A DNA stretch of 64,000 bases from an uncultured delta proteobacterium. Its GTDB lineage: Bacteria; Desulfobacterota; RBG-13-43-22. Position 1 is the first letter of the stretch, and each line of letters opens with the position of its first letter. Made by a program: the position numbers and the translations under genes. The stretch lies in the NCBI GenBank assembly GCA_963743305.1, contig CAVUPH010000024.1, positions 32,001 through 96,000 of the forward strand. The letters are read 5' to 3'. Under the pieces are notes generated by a model that saw nothing but the letters and a program-made list of their open reading frames with translations, made no database searches and had not been told where the DNA came from. Positions 29,893-40,575 of the stretch are shown piece after piece.

Positions 29893-30438
29893 ATGACGGA
29901 TGACCAATTAATCCACCGGATTCGGGACGGGGATATCGGGGCCTTTGAGCAACTGGTCATCCGTTATCAGAAACCGATATATTCCTTTGTGTTGAGGATG
30001 CTGAAAAATCCCATGGACGCGGAGGATACCGTTCAGAAAGTATTTCTGCTGGCCTTTCAAAACTTGAAAGGATTTCGTTTTGAATCCAGCTTTAAAACTT
30101 GGCTTTTTCGCATTAGCATCAACCAATGCCATAATCATTTCCGGCAACAGAAAAAGAGAGAATTCACTCCTTTGGAGGAAATACCCCTAGCCGACCCCCA
30201 AAATAGTCAGGAGGATGAATTTTCACGAAGGGAATTAAGGGGACAGGCCCAAAAGGCCATTGAAAGGCTTCCCCCCAAACAAAAAATGGTACTATTATTA
30301 CGGGTAGACCAGGACCTTTCCTTTGAAGAAATCGGAAAGGCCCTTAATATGAGAGCCAATTCGGCCAAGGTTAATTTTCACTATGCCCTGGAAAAAGTGA
30401 AGGACTGGATCAAGACCCACCATGAAAACCAAAGGTAG
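29893..30438 (+). CDS. ECF RNA polymerase sigma factor
   Basis: GDIGAFEQLV, DAEDTVQKVF, SSFKTWLFRI, LSFEEIGKAL. Confidence 0.92.
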   Translation: MTDDQLIHRIRDGDIGAFEQLVIRYQKPIYSFVLRMLKNPMDAEDTVQKVFLLAFQNLKGFRFESSFKTWLFRISINQCHNHFRQQKKREFTPLEEIPLADPQNSQEDEFSRRELRGQAQKAIERLPPKQKMVLLLRVDQDLSFEEIGKALNMRANSAKVNFHYALEKVKDWIKTHHENQR

Positions 30439-31102
30439 CTGCGCGAAAATCAGGATACGGCTGGGGGATTATGCCGGTCAACCGCTGACCGGCACCGGAG
30501 CCGAACGGGTCCGGGATCATCTTTCCCGTTGTCCGGATTGTCAAAGTTTTCACGAAGAAAACACCAAGATCATAGACGCCCTTCGAGAGGAAACCCCGCC
30601 CGACCCCGGGTCGGAGTTCTGGAGCCGGATGACCTCCGGGATCATGGCCGAGGTACGTCATCTGGAAGGCCGGCCTCTGCCGTGGTACCGGAGACCCTGG
30701 TCCAACCCTTGGGCCTGGCCGGTGTACGCTTGGTCTCCGGCCCTGATTCTCCTGATCTTCATCGCCGGCTTCTATTATTATGCTTCTTTTTCCAAACCCA
30801 TTTTATTAGTAAAAAACGGGTTACCCGCGGCCGAATCACGACTTGAGGATATCGGCGATTCCCTGGCGGACCCGCTCCTGACCCTGACCCCTCAGGAATC
30901 AACCCGCCTGGGAAAAAGGATGGAGCGCCGATTGGCCCGCGAACTGTATGCCAAAAATGTTGAAGCGGAGGAAGCCGTGTTAGACTGGGATTTGTCCAAC
31001 CGCCTGGAAACGTTATCCATCAAAGACCTAAATGAAGTAGCGGAAAAATTGCGGACCGGCACCCCTGCCGGGGCCAAGGAGGTCACGGAAAATGTGTCGT
31101 AA
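30422..31102 (+). CDS. Zinc-finger (zf-HC2) anti-sigma factor
   Basis: HLSRCPDC motif plus one TM helix; overlaps the ECF sigma gene. Confidence 0.8.
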   Translation: MKTKGSCAKIRIRLGDYAGQPLTGTGAERVRDHLSRCPDCQSFHEENTKIIDALREETPPDPGSEFWSRMTSGIMAEVRHLEGRPLPWYRRPWSNPWAWPVYAWSPALILLIFIAGFYYYASFSKPILLVKNGLPAAESRLEDIGDSLADPLLTLTPQESTRLGKRMERRLARELYAKNVEAEEAVLDWDLSNRLETLSIKDLNEVAEKLRTGTPAGAKEVTENVS

Positions 31103-31625
31103 GTTACTACTAGGGACTTTGATCGGATGTCTGGCTTTCGGCACGGGCTCCCTCACGGCCCAAACCTACCGAGAACCCCTGGATCAACGGGAAAAATCAC
31201 GGGAGCGGATTCAGATGGTCCGCATGTTGAAATTGACCCAGACCTTAAAGTTGGACCGGGAGTCGGCCGGCCGCTTTTTCGCTGTGGGCGCCCAATACGA
31301 GCAGACCAAACGGCATATCAGGCATGATCTTCAGGAGGATATTCAGCGCCTGCGGAACCTCACCCGAGATCTTAACGCTCCGGAAAAAGAACTGCGGGAG
31401 ACAGTCCTGCGGATCAAGAACCGAAAAAAGGATTTAAACGACCTGAATAATAGACAGATCGAAGAAGAATTGAGCCTCCTCCGGCCGGATCAACAGGCCC
31501 GCTACATCCTCTTTACGATTGACTTCCATAGGGAGATGGAAGGCATTCTTCGAGAAATCCGGGAAGAACGGCCGATGGAAAAGAGGCCAGAGCATGGACC
31601 CCGCCCTCCGCTGGAAGGGTCATAA
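31092..31625 (+). CDS. Exported helical protein (Spy/CpxP-like)
   Basis: Signal peptide, charged helical body, LRPDQQARY; third gene of the ECF operon. Confidence 0.6.
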   Translation: MCRKLLLGTLIGCLAFGTGSLTAQTYREPLDQREKSRERIQMVRMLKLTQTLKLDRESAGRFFAVGAQYEQTKRHIRHDLQEDIQRLRNLTRDLNAPEKELRETVLRIKNRKKDLNDLNNRQIEEELSLLRPDQQARYILFTIDFHREMEGILREIREERPMEKRPEHGPRPPLEGS

Positions 31626-31652
31626 GGAAAGAAACCGCTAATTTAATTCCTC

Positions 31653-32397
31653 ATGAAACTGAAAGACAAAGTAATCCTGGTTACCGGTGCCGGCCAGGGG
31701 ATCGGCCGGGCCATCGCGGTGTTGTCCGCCCGTGAAGGCGCCCGAGTCGCCCTGGTCGACCGTAATGAAACCGCTGCCCGGGAAACCCTGGATCAAATAA
31801 ATTCACTCGGGAGCGAGGGGCTTTTAATCCTCAGGGATATAACTTTGGATCAGGCCGTTCCGGAAATCATCGAACAGGTCCGGGCCCGTTGGACTCGTCT
31901 CGATATTTTAGTCAACAATGCTGGGTTTGACCGGCCCGCCGGCATCTTTAAGATCAAAGATCCGGAATGGGACGCCGTCCTGGGGGTCCACCTCAAAGCG
32001 GCCATGGCCTTTATGCGGGCCGCCATGCCGGTTATGAAAGACACAGGGCTACGGCCGGATCGTCAACCTCTCCTCCATCTACGGCAAAACCGGGGGTCAG
32101 GGAGAGATCGCCTACGCCACCGCCAAGGCCGGTATCATCGGCCTGACCAAGAGCGTGGCCAAAGAAGTGGGCAAGTTCGGGGTCTGCGTCAATGCCGTCC
32201 TCCCCGGCCTGACCGCCACCCCCGCCATCCAGACCATGATGGCTGAAAAATTCAAAGAAAAAATCCTCTCTCAAACCCCTTTGGGTCGCATGGCCCAACC
32301 CGAAGAAATCGCCCAAGCGGTGATCTTTCTGGCCTCCGACGAAGCCAGCTATATTACCGGCGCCTGTCTGGAGGTCTCCGGCGGCTGGGAGATGTAG
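31653..32397 (+). CDS. SDR oxidoreductase (FabG-like), apparent frameshift near 32040
   Basis: TGAGQGIG and LVNNAG; shifted frame GRIVNLSS...YATAK...VNAVLPG...ITGACLEVSGG. Confidence 0.85.
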
Positions 32398-32646
32398 CAT
32401 CCCTTGCCAAGTAGCATCATCTGTCCCTGTAAGCCTCCATATTCGTACATCTTTCCGACTTCGCTGCCAAGATCACTCAGTGGCTCTATACGAAATTTGG
32501 GGCATTGAATCCTCACTTCCTACCCCGTTGCCAATCCCCCAAGAGAGATAGGCGTGTACGAGTACATGTCGCCCTAAGATAAGCATTGACTTTTTCTTTC
32601 TCCCTTTTAGGCTACAAACTAGCGCTAAAGAAAAGGAGGAAGGTTA

Positions 32647-33922
32647 ATGAAAGGTATTTCAAAACTTTTGGGATCGTTCGGATTGTTTTTGGTTCTCTTA
32701 ACCTTTTCTGCATTTACGGTACAGGCCGCGGATCCGATCATTATCGGGGTACCCACCTCCCTTGGTTTTCTGGAGGGGGCGGAAGGGCTCAACAGCGTGC
32801 AAATGGCGGTGGAGGAAATCAATGCCAAGGGCGGGGTAGCGATCAAAGGCGAAAAGCACCTGCTGAAGGTCGAGGCCATCGATATCCGTGATGCGGCGCC
32901 CGGGGTGCCGGTTCCGGAAGCCCTCCTGGGAATCGAGAAACTCATTCTGGAGAAGAAAATCAAGGCCATCGTGCTGGCCCCTTTTCGCTCGGAGGCCTTA
33001 TTGGCCAGTATGGATTTAATCTCCAAATACAAGATCCCCATGCTGGCGACGACCGCCATGTCTCCGGCCTACACCAAGAAGGTTTTGGAAGATTATAACA
33101 AATATAAATATTGTTTTCGGGTTTGTCTGGATGCCGGGTACCTGGTCGGCTATTTGAAAGGGTCCATGGAATCCATCCACAAGGAGTATGGTTTCAAGAA
33201 AGTGTATCTGATGCACCAGGATGTGGCCTGGGCGCGGGGAACGGCCAACGCCATGGCCGGCATATTAAAAGGGGCCGGCTGGGAAGTGCTGGGGGTGGAA
33301 TCCTATCCCACCGGGGCCGGCGATTTTTCCGCCGGTTTGATGAAAGCCCGACAGGCCGGTGCCCAGGTCATCCTGCCGATCTTCGATATGCCCCAAAGCG
33401 GCATTCTGGTTAAACAGTGGAACAGCATGAAGGTTCCGGCCCTGATGCTCGGTTTTATTTCGCCTCTGGCCGGCCCGGCCGCCTGGAAAAGTTTTGACGG
33501 TAAGATCGACGGGGCCATGAACCTGATTTTTGAAATCGGCAATATTCCGGTTAAAAAAGTACCCAAATCGGTTGTCTTCTATGACGCCTACAAAAAGAAA
33601 TACAACAAGGAGATCGAAGCCGGACACTGCCCGGCGCCGGCCTACGAATCCGTCTATATCCTGGCCGAAGCCCTGGAACGGGCCGGCACGATCGAACCGG
33701 ATGCCGTAGTCAGCGCCCTGGAGAAGACCGATCGTCAGGGGGCTATCGGCCGGATCCGGTTCGCCAAGAACCACCAGGTCGTCTATGGAAACGACCCCAA
33801 GGAGACGGCCCTGGCGGCCATGATCCAGTGGTCCAAAACCGGGACCCGGGAAATCGTCTTTCCTGAAAGCTATTGCCGACGCCAAGATCCACTTGCCGGA
33901 AGGGCTGAAATCGGCGAAGTAA
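32647..33922 (+). CDS. Liv-type ABC transporter substrate-binding protein; apparent frameshift near 33868 extends the called ORF
   Basis: Signal peptide, AVEEINAKGGV; alternative frame ends AIADAKIHLPEGLKSAK-TAA at 33922. Confidence 0.85.
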
Positions 33923-33940
33923 CGGGCGAAAAAAAGAACT

Positions 33941-34053
33941 GGAAGAATGGAATATTGGAATAATGGAAAAGGGCCCGCAGAGTCGAACATCCCCACTATG
34001 CTCCGTCTCCCTTCTTTTCATTATTCCATTATTCCACCATTCCAATATTTCCA
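33941..34053. repeat. Intergenic octamer-based inverted repeat (GGAATRRT)n...(AYYATTCC)n (family B)
   Basis: ggaatattggaataatgg ... ttattccattattccaccattccaatatt. Confidence 0.75.
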
Positions 34054-34104
34054 TCCCGAATCCGCCTTTCTTTCCGGTACGGTAATTCCTGACCGGTTCA
34101 GCTC

Positions 34105-34977
34105 ATGATTCTCGGCACGCTGATCTATGGCTTCATCAACAGCGTCATCCTGGCCCTGGTGGCCCTGGGTTTCAATTTGACCTTCGGCATCAGCGGGGTG
34201 GCCAATTTCGCTTACGGGGCCTTTTACATTTTTGCCGGCTACGGGGCCTGGATACTAATGAACACCCTGAAATTTCCCTATGCCCTGGCGATCCTCGGGG
34301 CGCTGATACTGACCATGGTCCTCGGGGCGCTCATGTATCGGCTGGTCCTGCTTCGAATCCGGGGCCTGGTCATTTCCGAAGTAATCGCCACCTTCGGAAT
34401 CGGTTTGGCCATCCTGGAGATCTTCCGCTACCTGGGGTTTATCGGTTTTGAATACAACCTCCCGGTCTTCATCGACGGCAGCCTGGAAATCCGCGGCGTT
34501 TTTGTGGATTATCAACGGCTCTTCATCGTCGGTCTGGGCTGCGCCATCGCCCTGTTCCTCTGGCTGTTTACCCACTACACCAAAATCGGTCTGGCCTTCC
34601 GGGGCATCGCCCAGGAAGAGCGGACGGCCCTGTCTCTGGGCATCAACTCCGATTGGGTGGCCACCTTGAGCGTGGCCTTCGGGGCCGGGTTGGCCGCCCT
34701 GGCGGCGATTCTGATCCTGCCCCTGGGGACCATTTCCGTGGAGGGGGGCTATGATATCCTGATCAATGCCCTGGCGGTCTGCATTGTGGGCGGACTGGGC
34801 AGCACCCTGGGGGTGGTCGTGGCCAGTTTTCTGATCGGCTACGCGCAGATGATCACCTCCACCTACCTGGAACCCCACTGGACCATGATCGTCAGCCTGG
34901 TGGCCATCCTGGCTATTCTGGCCCTTAAGCCTTCGGGCCTTTTCGGCAGCCAGAAGGAACTGGAAGAAAGGATCTAA
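34105..34977 (+). CDS. Branched-chain amino acid-type ABC permease (LivH-like)
   Basis: LVALGFNLTFGISGVANFAYG, TKIGLAFRG, IVGGLGS, KPSGLFG. Confidence 0.9.
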   Translation: MILGTLIYGFINSVILALVALGFNLTFGISGVANFAYGAFYIFAGYGAWILMNTLKFPYALAILGALILTMVLGALMYRLVLLRIRGLVISEVIATFGIGLAILEIFRYLGFIGFEYNLPVFIDGSLEIRGVFVDYQRLFIVGLGCAIALFLWLFTHYTKIGLAFRGIAQEERTALSLGINSDWVATLSVAFGAGLAALAAILILPLGTISVEGGYDILINALAVCIVGGLGSTLGVVVASFLIGYAQMITSTYLEPHWTMIVSLVAILAILALKPSGLFGSQKELEERI

Positions 34978-34988
34978 AACGAGCGGAA

Positions 34989-35087
34989 GGATGGAATGTT
35001 GGAATAATGGAATGATGGCGTACGGAAGCCGGTGTGGTTGCCTCTCTTCTCCATTATTCCATTATTCCAGTATTCCACTATTCCCAG
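34989..35087. repeat. Intergenic octamer-based inverted repeat (family B)
   Basis: ggaatgttggaataatggaatgatgg ... ccattattccattattccagtattccactattcc. Confidence 0.75.
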
Positions 35088-35102
35088 CTTTTAAAAAGCC
35101 CT

Positions 35103-36110
35103 ATGTATATCCGCAAAGAACGCATCGATCGGGGTATCAAAGTCAGGACGGGGGATATTTTTGCCCTGTCCTCGGGCTGGGATCTGCTCTACCTGCTGGT
35201 CCCCCGGGTGTTGCCGCTTCTGATCGTCATCATCCTGAGCTTCACGCTCAGTCTGTACTGGCAGAAGGTCCTCATCTCCACGGCCGTTTTTGCCCTGCTG
35301 GCCATCAGTTGGGACTTCCTGGCTTCAGCCGGCATGGTCTCCCTGGGCCAGGCCTATTTTTTCGGCCTGGGGGCCTACCTGACCGGCATCCTGTCCCATT
35401 ATTTTCATTGGCCCATTTGGCTGACCATTCCGCTCGGCGCGGTTTTGGGAGGCCTGGTGGCGACCATCACCCTGCTCCCGGTATTGAGGCTGCGGGGGAT
35501 CTATTTTTCCATGATCACCCTGGTCCTGCCCTTGATGCTGGTCCGGGTCATCGAGGCCACCAAGATCTTCGGCGGCACGGAAGGAATCAGCGGATTGGCC
35601 CCCTACCCCAACCGCTGGGTGGAGCTCTATCTCAGCTTGACCGCCGTCTGGGTCTGTCTCTTCGGCCTCCGGCGGCTCCTGAATTCCGATTACGGCCTGA
35701 CCCTGAAGGCCATCTGCGACAACGATCGCTCGGTGATGAGTTCCGGGATCAATATTTACTGGTACAAGGCCCAGGCCCTCTTCGTCGCCGGAGCGGTGGG
35801 CGCTTTCGCCGGGGCCTTCATGACCCACTCCTACATGTTCGTGGGCATGCCGGTCTTCGCCCTGGACTATTCGATCCTGCCCATCGCCGCGGCCGTGGTG
35901 GGGGGCACGGGCACCATGGCCGGACCGCTGCTGGGAGCCTTTATCCTGGTCCCGCTCTCCGAAGCCCTGCGCGGCCTGGGCGGCCTGCGCATCGTCATTT
36001 ATGCCCTCTCCTTGACCGTGTTTACCGTGGCCCTGCCGGAGGGGATCTTCCATTACATTCAGCGCAAGTATCAACAGTTCGAACGCCAGGTAAAGGTGGA
36101 ATCCGAATGA
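35103..36110 (+). CDS. Branched-chain amino acid-type ABC permease (LivM-like)
   Basis: GMVSLGQAYFFGLGAY, LRLRGIYFSMITL, VVGGTGT, LPEGI. Confidence 0.9.
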   Translation: MYIRKERIDRGIKVRTGDIFALSSGWDLLYLLVPRVLPLLIVIILSFTLSLYWQKVLISTAVFALLAISWDFLASAGMVSLGQAYFFGLGAYLTGILSHYFHWPIWLTIPLGAVLGGLVATITLLPVLRLRGIYFSMITLVLPLMLVRVIEATKIFGGTEGISGLAPYPNRWVELYLSLTAVWVCLFGLRRLLNSDYGLTLKAICDNDRSVMSSGINIYWYKAQALFVAGAVGAFAGAFMTHSYMFVGMPVFALDYSILPIAAAVVGGTGTMAGPLLGAFILVPLSEALRGLGGLRIVIYALSLTVFTVALPEGIFHYIQRKYQQFERQVKVESE

Positions 36111-36862
36111 GCGCCCCGATCCTGAACGTTTCCAACCTTTCCAAACGCTTCGGCGGAGTCCAGGCCGTGGAGTCCATCTCCTTTAAGGTGCAGCCCGGTG
36201 AATTGATGGGCATCATCGGACCCAACGGATCGGGCAAGACCACCTTGGTCAACCTGATCACCGGCTTTATCCGTCCGGACAGCGGCTCGATCCATTATCG
36301 GGATCGGGAGATTACCGGCTGGATGCCTTATCGAATCAGCCGGCAGGGATTGGCCCGAACCTTTCAGATGGTCCGCCCTTTTTACCACCTGCCGGCCTTC
36401 AAGAATATGGTCATTCCCCTTTCCTCGCCCCGGGTCAAGAAGTTGTCCGGGGGGCGCTACGGCGACCGGGACGCGGTGGCCAAGGACCTGCTGGAAGAAG
36501 TGGGTTTTGAACGGGATTCCTCGGTGATCAACAAGGTGGCCGGCGCCCTGCCCCACGGCTATCTCAAGCGTCTGGAGCTGGCCAAATGTCTGGCCCTGCG
36601 GCCCGAACTGATCATCCTGGACGAGCTCTTTTCCGGTCTGAGTCTGGCCGAGGTGGCCGGGATCCTGCCGATCATCGAAAAAATGAAATCCGAGGGCAAG
36701 ACCATCCTGATGATCGAACACCGCTTGCGGGAACTCTTCCGTATCGCCGATCGGGTGATTGTCCTCAATTTCGGGCAAAAAATCGCCGACGGCCGGCCGG
36801 ACCAGGTCATGCAGGGCGACGAAGTTAAAAAGGCCTACCTGGGGACCGAGGGGGAAGGGTAA
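36107..36862 (+). CDS. ABC ATP-binding protein (LivG-like)
   Basis: True start MSAPILNV at 36107 (ATGA overlap); GPNGSGKTT, ARTFQ, ILDE. Confidence 0.9.
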   Translation: MSAPILNVSNLSKRFGGVQAVESISFKVQPGELMGIIGPNGSGKTTLVNLITGFIRPDSGSIHYRDREITGWMPYRISRQGLARTFQMVRPFYHLPAFKNMVIPLSSPRVKKLSGGRYGDRDAVAKDLLEEVGFERDSSVINKVAGALPHGYLKRLELAKCLALRPELIILDELFSGLSLAEVAGILPIIEKMKSEGKTILMIEHRLRELFRIADRVIVLNFGQKIADGRPDQVMQGDEVKKAYLGTEGEG

Positions 36863-36940
36863 CAAAATAGTACTTTAAATGAATTATTGATCAAATTCAA
36901 TGATTGAATATTCGAAATCTCGCAAAAAGTCCAATGACCT

Positions 36941-37026
36941 GTCATTGCAGAGTCGAAGCGAAGCAATCCCTGCCAGTAACAGCTGATTCTTGGGGATTGC
37001 TTCGTCACTTCAATTCTCGCAATGAC
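36941..37026. repeat. REP/MITE-like palindromic element (family A)
   Basis: gtcattgcagagtcgaagcgaagcaatccc ... gggattgcttcgtcac...ctcgcaatgac. Confidence 0.75.
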
Positions 37027-37105
37027 AGCGTCTTGGTATTTGAATTTCGTGCATTGAATTTGTATTTTGAAGTTGTTTCGGAGCGTGAGGGGATGAACCT
37101 CTCCC

Positions 37106-37900
37106 ATGGTTCGAAAAACCAAACGTCAATTATCAAAGGATAAAACGAAGGTGCTGCTGGACGTCAAACATTTGATGATTTTTTATGAGAACGCTCTGGC
37201 CCTGAACGACTTCAGCCTCCAGGTGGATGCCGGGGAGATTGTGGCCGTCATCGGCTCCAACAGCGCCGGGAAAACCACCCTGATGAATGCCATCTCCGGT
37301 TTGATCCTGGACATTCAGGTCAAGGAAAAGCGTAAGGGCGGAGAACGCATTACCCTACTGGGGGAAGTCTGGTTCAATCGGGAGGACCTTAGCCGGGTGA
37401 GCCCGGACAACCGGGTTAAAAAGGGGATCGTCCTCTGCCGGGAACGGCATCCCATTTTTCCCGAAAGCGATGTGCTGGAAAACCTCCACATTGCGGGCTA
37501 TTTGCGCAGCCGGAAAGAAATCAAAGAAACGGTGGACCTGGTTTTCACCCTATTTTCCAATCTGGCCGGTCACAAAAACCAGAAGGCCGGCTTTCTGAGT
37601 GGCGGGGAACAGCAGATGCTGACCATCGGCATGGCCCTGGTGGTCCGTCCCAGCCTGCTCCTCCTGGACGAACCCCTGCTGGGTCTGAGCCCGGCCATGC
37701 AGACCAAACTGCTCTCGGCCATCAAGACCATCCGGCAGGAAACCCGGGTAACGATTCTGATCAGCGAACAGTTCGCCCGGCCGATCCTGCCCATGATCGA
37801 CCGGGGCTACGTGATCGAAAACGGCATGCTGACCCTATCCGGCACCAGCCGGGAACTCATGGAGAACCCGGAGGTAGTCTCGGCGTACTTCGGCGTTTAG
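37106..37900 (+). CDS. ABC ATP-binding protein (LivF-like)
   Basis: GSNSAGKTT, LSGGEQQML, LLDEPLLGLSP. Confidence 0.9.
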   Translation: MVRKTKRQLSKDKTKVLLDVKHLMIFYENALALNDFSLQVDAGEIVAVIGSNSAGKTTLMNAISGLILDIQVKEKRKGGERITLLGEVWFNREDLSRVSPDNRVKKGIVLCRERHPIFPESDVLENLHIAGYLRSRKEIKETVDLVFTLFSNLAGHKNQKAGFLSGGEQQMLTIGMALVVRPSLLLLDEPLLGLSPAMQTKLLSAIKTIRQETRVTILISEQFARPILPMIDRGYVIENGMLTLSGTSRELMENPEVVSAYFGV

Positions 37901-37927
37901 AACAATTCACCGCAGAGATGCAAAATA

Positions 37928-38042
37928 TGGGAATGATGGAATAGTGGAATCATGGAACTATGGGGCCGAAAGGCCTGAAGAGTGCAGAAAGTTTTTTTCC
38001 ATCACTCCATCATTCCATTATTCCACTATTCCACTATTCCCA
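37928..38042. repeat. Intergenic octamer-based inverted repeat (family B)
   Basis: ggaatgatggaatagtggaatcatgg ... ccatcattccattattccactattccactattcc. Confidence 0.75.
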
Positions 38043-38069
38043 AGAGTAATTTAGGCGACGGTTAAAATA

Positions 38070-39743
38070 ATGCCTTCTGAACTTCCACATATCTGCCGGG
38101 CTTTCCAGGAACAGGCGGAGAAGACCCCCCGGAAAGCGGCCCTCGTCTACCTCGGCACTTCCTATTCCTACGCCAGACTTTTGAAGTCCGTGCGGGCTTT
38201 GGCCGCCAGTCTCCAGGCCTTGGGCCTGAAAGAAGGGGACAAGGTCGTTCTCTACCTGCCCAATTCCGTCCAGTGGGTCCTGGCCTGGCTGGCTGTTCAA
38301 TGGATCGGCGGGGTGGCCGTGCCCATTACCCCCATCTACACGGCCCGCGACTTGAACTACATCGCGGGCGACACCGGCGCCGTGGCCGTATTCTGCTCCG
38401 ATCGAAACTTCGGCTATGTGCAACAGGTCCTGGATTCCACTCCGCTCAAAACCATCGTCGTCACCAACCTGGCCGACTTACTCCCCTGGTGGAAGCGGTT
38501 TCTGGGTTGGACCTTCGACATCATCCCCAAAGGGAGCGTGGCCAAAAGACCGGAGGTGCACCCCTTTCGCAGTCTCCTTTCCGGTCCGGCCGCTTCGATC
38601 CCGGAGATCCGAGGAGGCGGCGAAGGGATAGCCGAAATCCTCTACACCGGCGGCACCACCAAACACCCCAAGGGGGTGCCCATCAGCCACCGGCTCTACC
38701 TGGGCTGCGCCCAAGAACAGATCGGCGTCAGCGAACCCCTCTTTCCCTTGACCGAGAACGTGATCGCCGGCGGGGCCCCGCTGTTCCACGTCCTCGGACA
38801 GACCTGCAGTCTGGGAACGATTTTCTTCGGGGGCACCCTGCTGGTCTTCCCCAAGGTGCAGTTGGACGCCCTGATGCACGCCATCCAGCGTTTCCGGGCC
38901 AAGACGCTGATCGGGGTGCCGGCCCTTTACCGGATGATCCTGGAACACGATCGACTGGATCTCTACGACCTCGGTTCCCTTCAATATTGCTTCAACGGCG
39001 GGGATGTGCTCCCTCTGGAAATTGAAAAAAGGTGGCAGGATAAGTTCCAAAAGCCTATCTTCCAAGGGTACGGCGCTACCGAAACCTGCGGCGGAGTGAC
39101 CATGGTGCCGACCGATCGTCCCACTCCGCCCCGGAGTATGGGCCGGGTCCTGGACAGTAAATCCGTTCGGATTATCGACGCCACTACCCGGGAGATCGTA
39201 CCCCGGGGAGAACCCGGAGAGTTGATCGTCTCCTCTCAACCCATGGTCGAAGCCTATTGGAATAAGCCGGAAGAGACGGCCGAAGCCTTCGTCATCCTGG
39301 AGGGTAAGCGCTGGTACCGGACCAGCGATATCGTCTCCGAGGACGAAGAGGGGTACTTCTATTTTGTCGATCGCACCGTGGATACCATCAAACACAAAGG
39401 CTACCGGGTTTCGGCTTCGGAGATCGAGGCCGTGCTTCAGGAGCATCCGGCGGTCATCGAATCCTGCGTGGTGGGCATCCCCGACGAGAAAGTGGGCCAG
39501 CGGATCAAGGCCTTTGTGGTCTTAAAAAAAGATATCAAGGGCGTCACCGGCTACGACCTGATCAAGTGGGCCCGGGAACGCCTGGTCTCTTACAAGCTCC
39601 CCCAATACATCGAGTTCCGGGACATGCTGCCCAAGTCCAAGGTGGGCAAGCTCCTGCGCCGGGAAATCCGCGGGGAGGAAGGCCGACGGCAGGAAAAGGA
39701 TGAAAAGAGCGACGCCGTGATGAAGGACAGCGGAATGGGTTAG
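38070..39743 (+). CDS. AMP-forming acyl-CoA ligase
   Basis: YTGGTTKHPKG, QGYGATE, WYRTSD, LPKSKVGKLLR. Confidence 0.9.
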   Translation: MPSELPHICRAFQEQAEKTPRKAALVYLGTSYSYARLLKSVRALAASLQALGLKEGDKVVLYLPNSVQWVLAWLAVQWIGGVAVPITPIYTARDLNYIAGDTGAVAVFCSDRNFGYVQQVLDSTPLKTIVVTNLADLLPWWKRFLGWTFDIIPKGSVAKRPEVHPFRSLLSGPAASIPEIRGGGEGIAEILYTGGTTKHPKGVPISHRLYLGCAQEQIGVSEPLFPLTENVIAGGAPLFHVLGQTCSLGTIFFGGTLLVFPKVQLDALMHAIQRFRAKTLIGVPALYRMILEHDRLDLYDLGSLQYCFNGGDVLPLEIEKRWQDKFQKPIFQGYGATETCGGVTMVPTDRPTPPRSMGRVLDSKSVRIIDATTREIVPRGEPGELIVSSQPMVEAYWNKPEETAEAFVILEGKRWYRTSDIVSEDEEGYFYFVDRTVDTIKHKGYRVSASEIEAVLQEHPAVIESCVVGIPDEKVGQRIKAFVVLKKDIKGVTGYDLIKWARERLVSYKLPQYIEFRDMLPKSKVGKLLRREIRGEEGRRQEKDEKSDAVMKDSGMG

Positions 39744-40036
39744 GGTAATGAGGGTTTATCACATCCCGGAGTTGATTGCTGCGAATCTAAACCGCATCCT
39801 GGACGATCTCACGGTCCTCCTGACCCTGATGCAGGTAATCAACCGTCGTCGCCTGAGCTGCACTACCCATCATCACTGACGATCTTTCTCCTAAAAAATA
39901 GTACGGGCCTTTCAGAATTTCCACTCATAAATTTCTTATTTAATTATTTCAACGTGTTGCTTCATCAACCCGGGGATTTAAGAAAATTTTCCGGTTACTC
40001 TCTGGTTACCTCCCCCGGGGTATATTCCCTCTTGTA

Positions 40037-40131
40037 TCCTCCTCATTCCGATAGGGATTCCGCTTTTCGCGCCTCCTGAGCGGAGTCCCATCGGGTGCGG
40101 AGCTTTGCTCTTGGCTGGAGAGGCTTTTTTT
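40037..40131 (+). ncRNA. Candidate structured RNA: hairpin with CCUCCU loop motif plus terminator-like end
   Basis: ccgatagggattccgct / agcggagtcccatcgg stem enclosing cctcct, a second cctcct just upstream, then a weak hairpin and T7. Confidence 0.35.
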
Positions 40132-40176
40132 GCGCCCTTCGCGCCGTGGCTACGAATAACCCTGGAGGGAAAACCC

Positions 40177-40476
40177 GTGCATCCCGAAGATGACCAGCGC
40201 CTTACCCCCCGTAATATCTTTGATCAACCCATCCAGTTAGAGCGGAGTCGGTTTTTTATCGAACAAGACACCCAGGTTTTCGAAATCGGCCAGACCATCG
40301 ATATCAGCCTCCAGGGGATCGGGATCAAAACAGAAGCCCCATTACATCCCAAGGAAATGGTCCGAGTCTATCTCCCGGTCCAGGCCATGGGCATCCCCCT
40401 GCCAGTCTTTTCGGAGGTCAAATGGGTAAGATTTGATAACCATTTCTACCGAACCGGGCTACAATTTGTGCGCTAA
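40177..40476 (+). CDS. Stand-alone PilZ domain protein
   Basis: GGAGG RBS + GTG; RLTPR (RxxxR), DISLQG (DxSxxG), EVKWVR...GLQF. Confidence 0.8.
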   Translation: MHPEDDQRLTPRNIFDQPIQLERSRFFIEQDTQVFEIGQTIDISLQGIGIKTEAPLHPKEMVRVYLPVQAMGIPLPVFSEVKWVRFDNHFYRTGLQFVR

Positions 40477-40575
40477 CTTTTTGGATCGTTTGATATTTAT
40501 TTCTATATTCTCAATTAAACGTTTCTGTTTTTTTTAGGCGGTCTACCAGCGCGGATAATTCTTCGCGAGGAAAAA

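Noticed and set aside
34991-36106. 623-aa ORF suggesting a long N-terminal extension on LivG
   Set aside because: The extension is an alternative frame over livM; the real start is 36107.
39748-39879. 43-codon ORF after the acyl-CoA ligase
   Set aside because: No recognisable motif and a weak RBS; cannot be supported.
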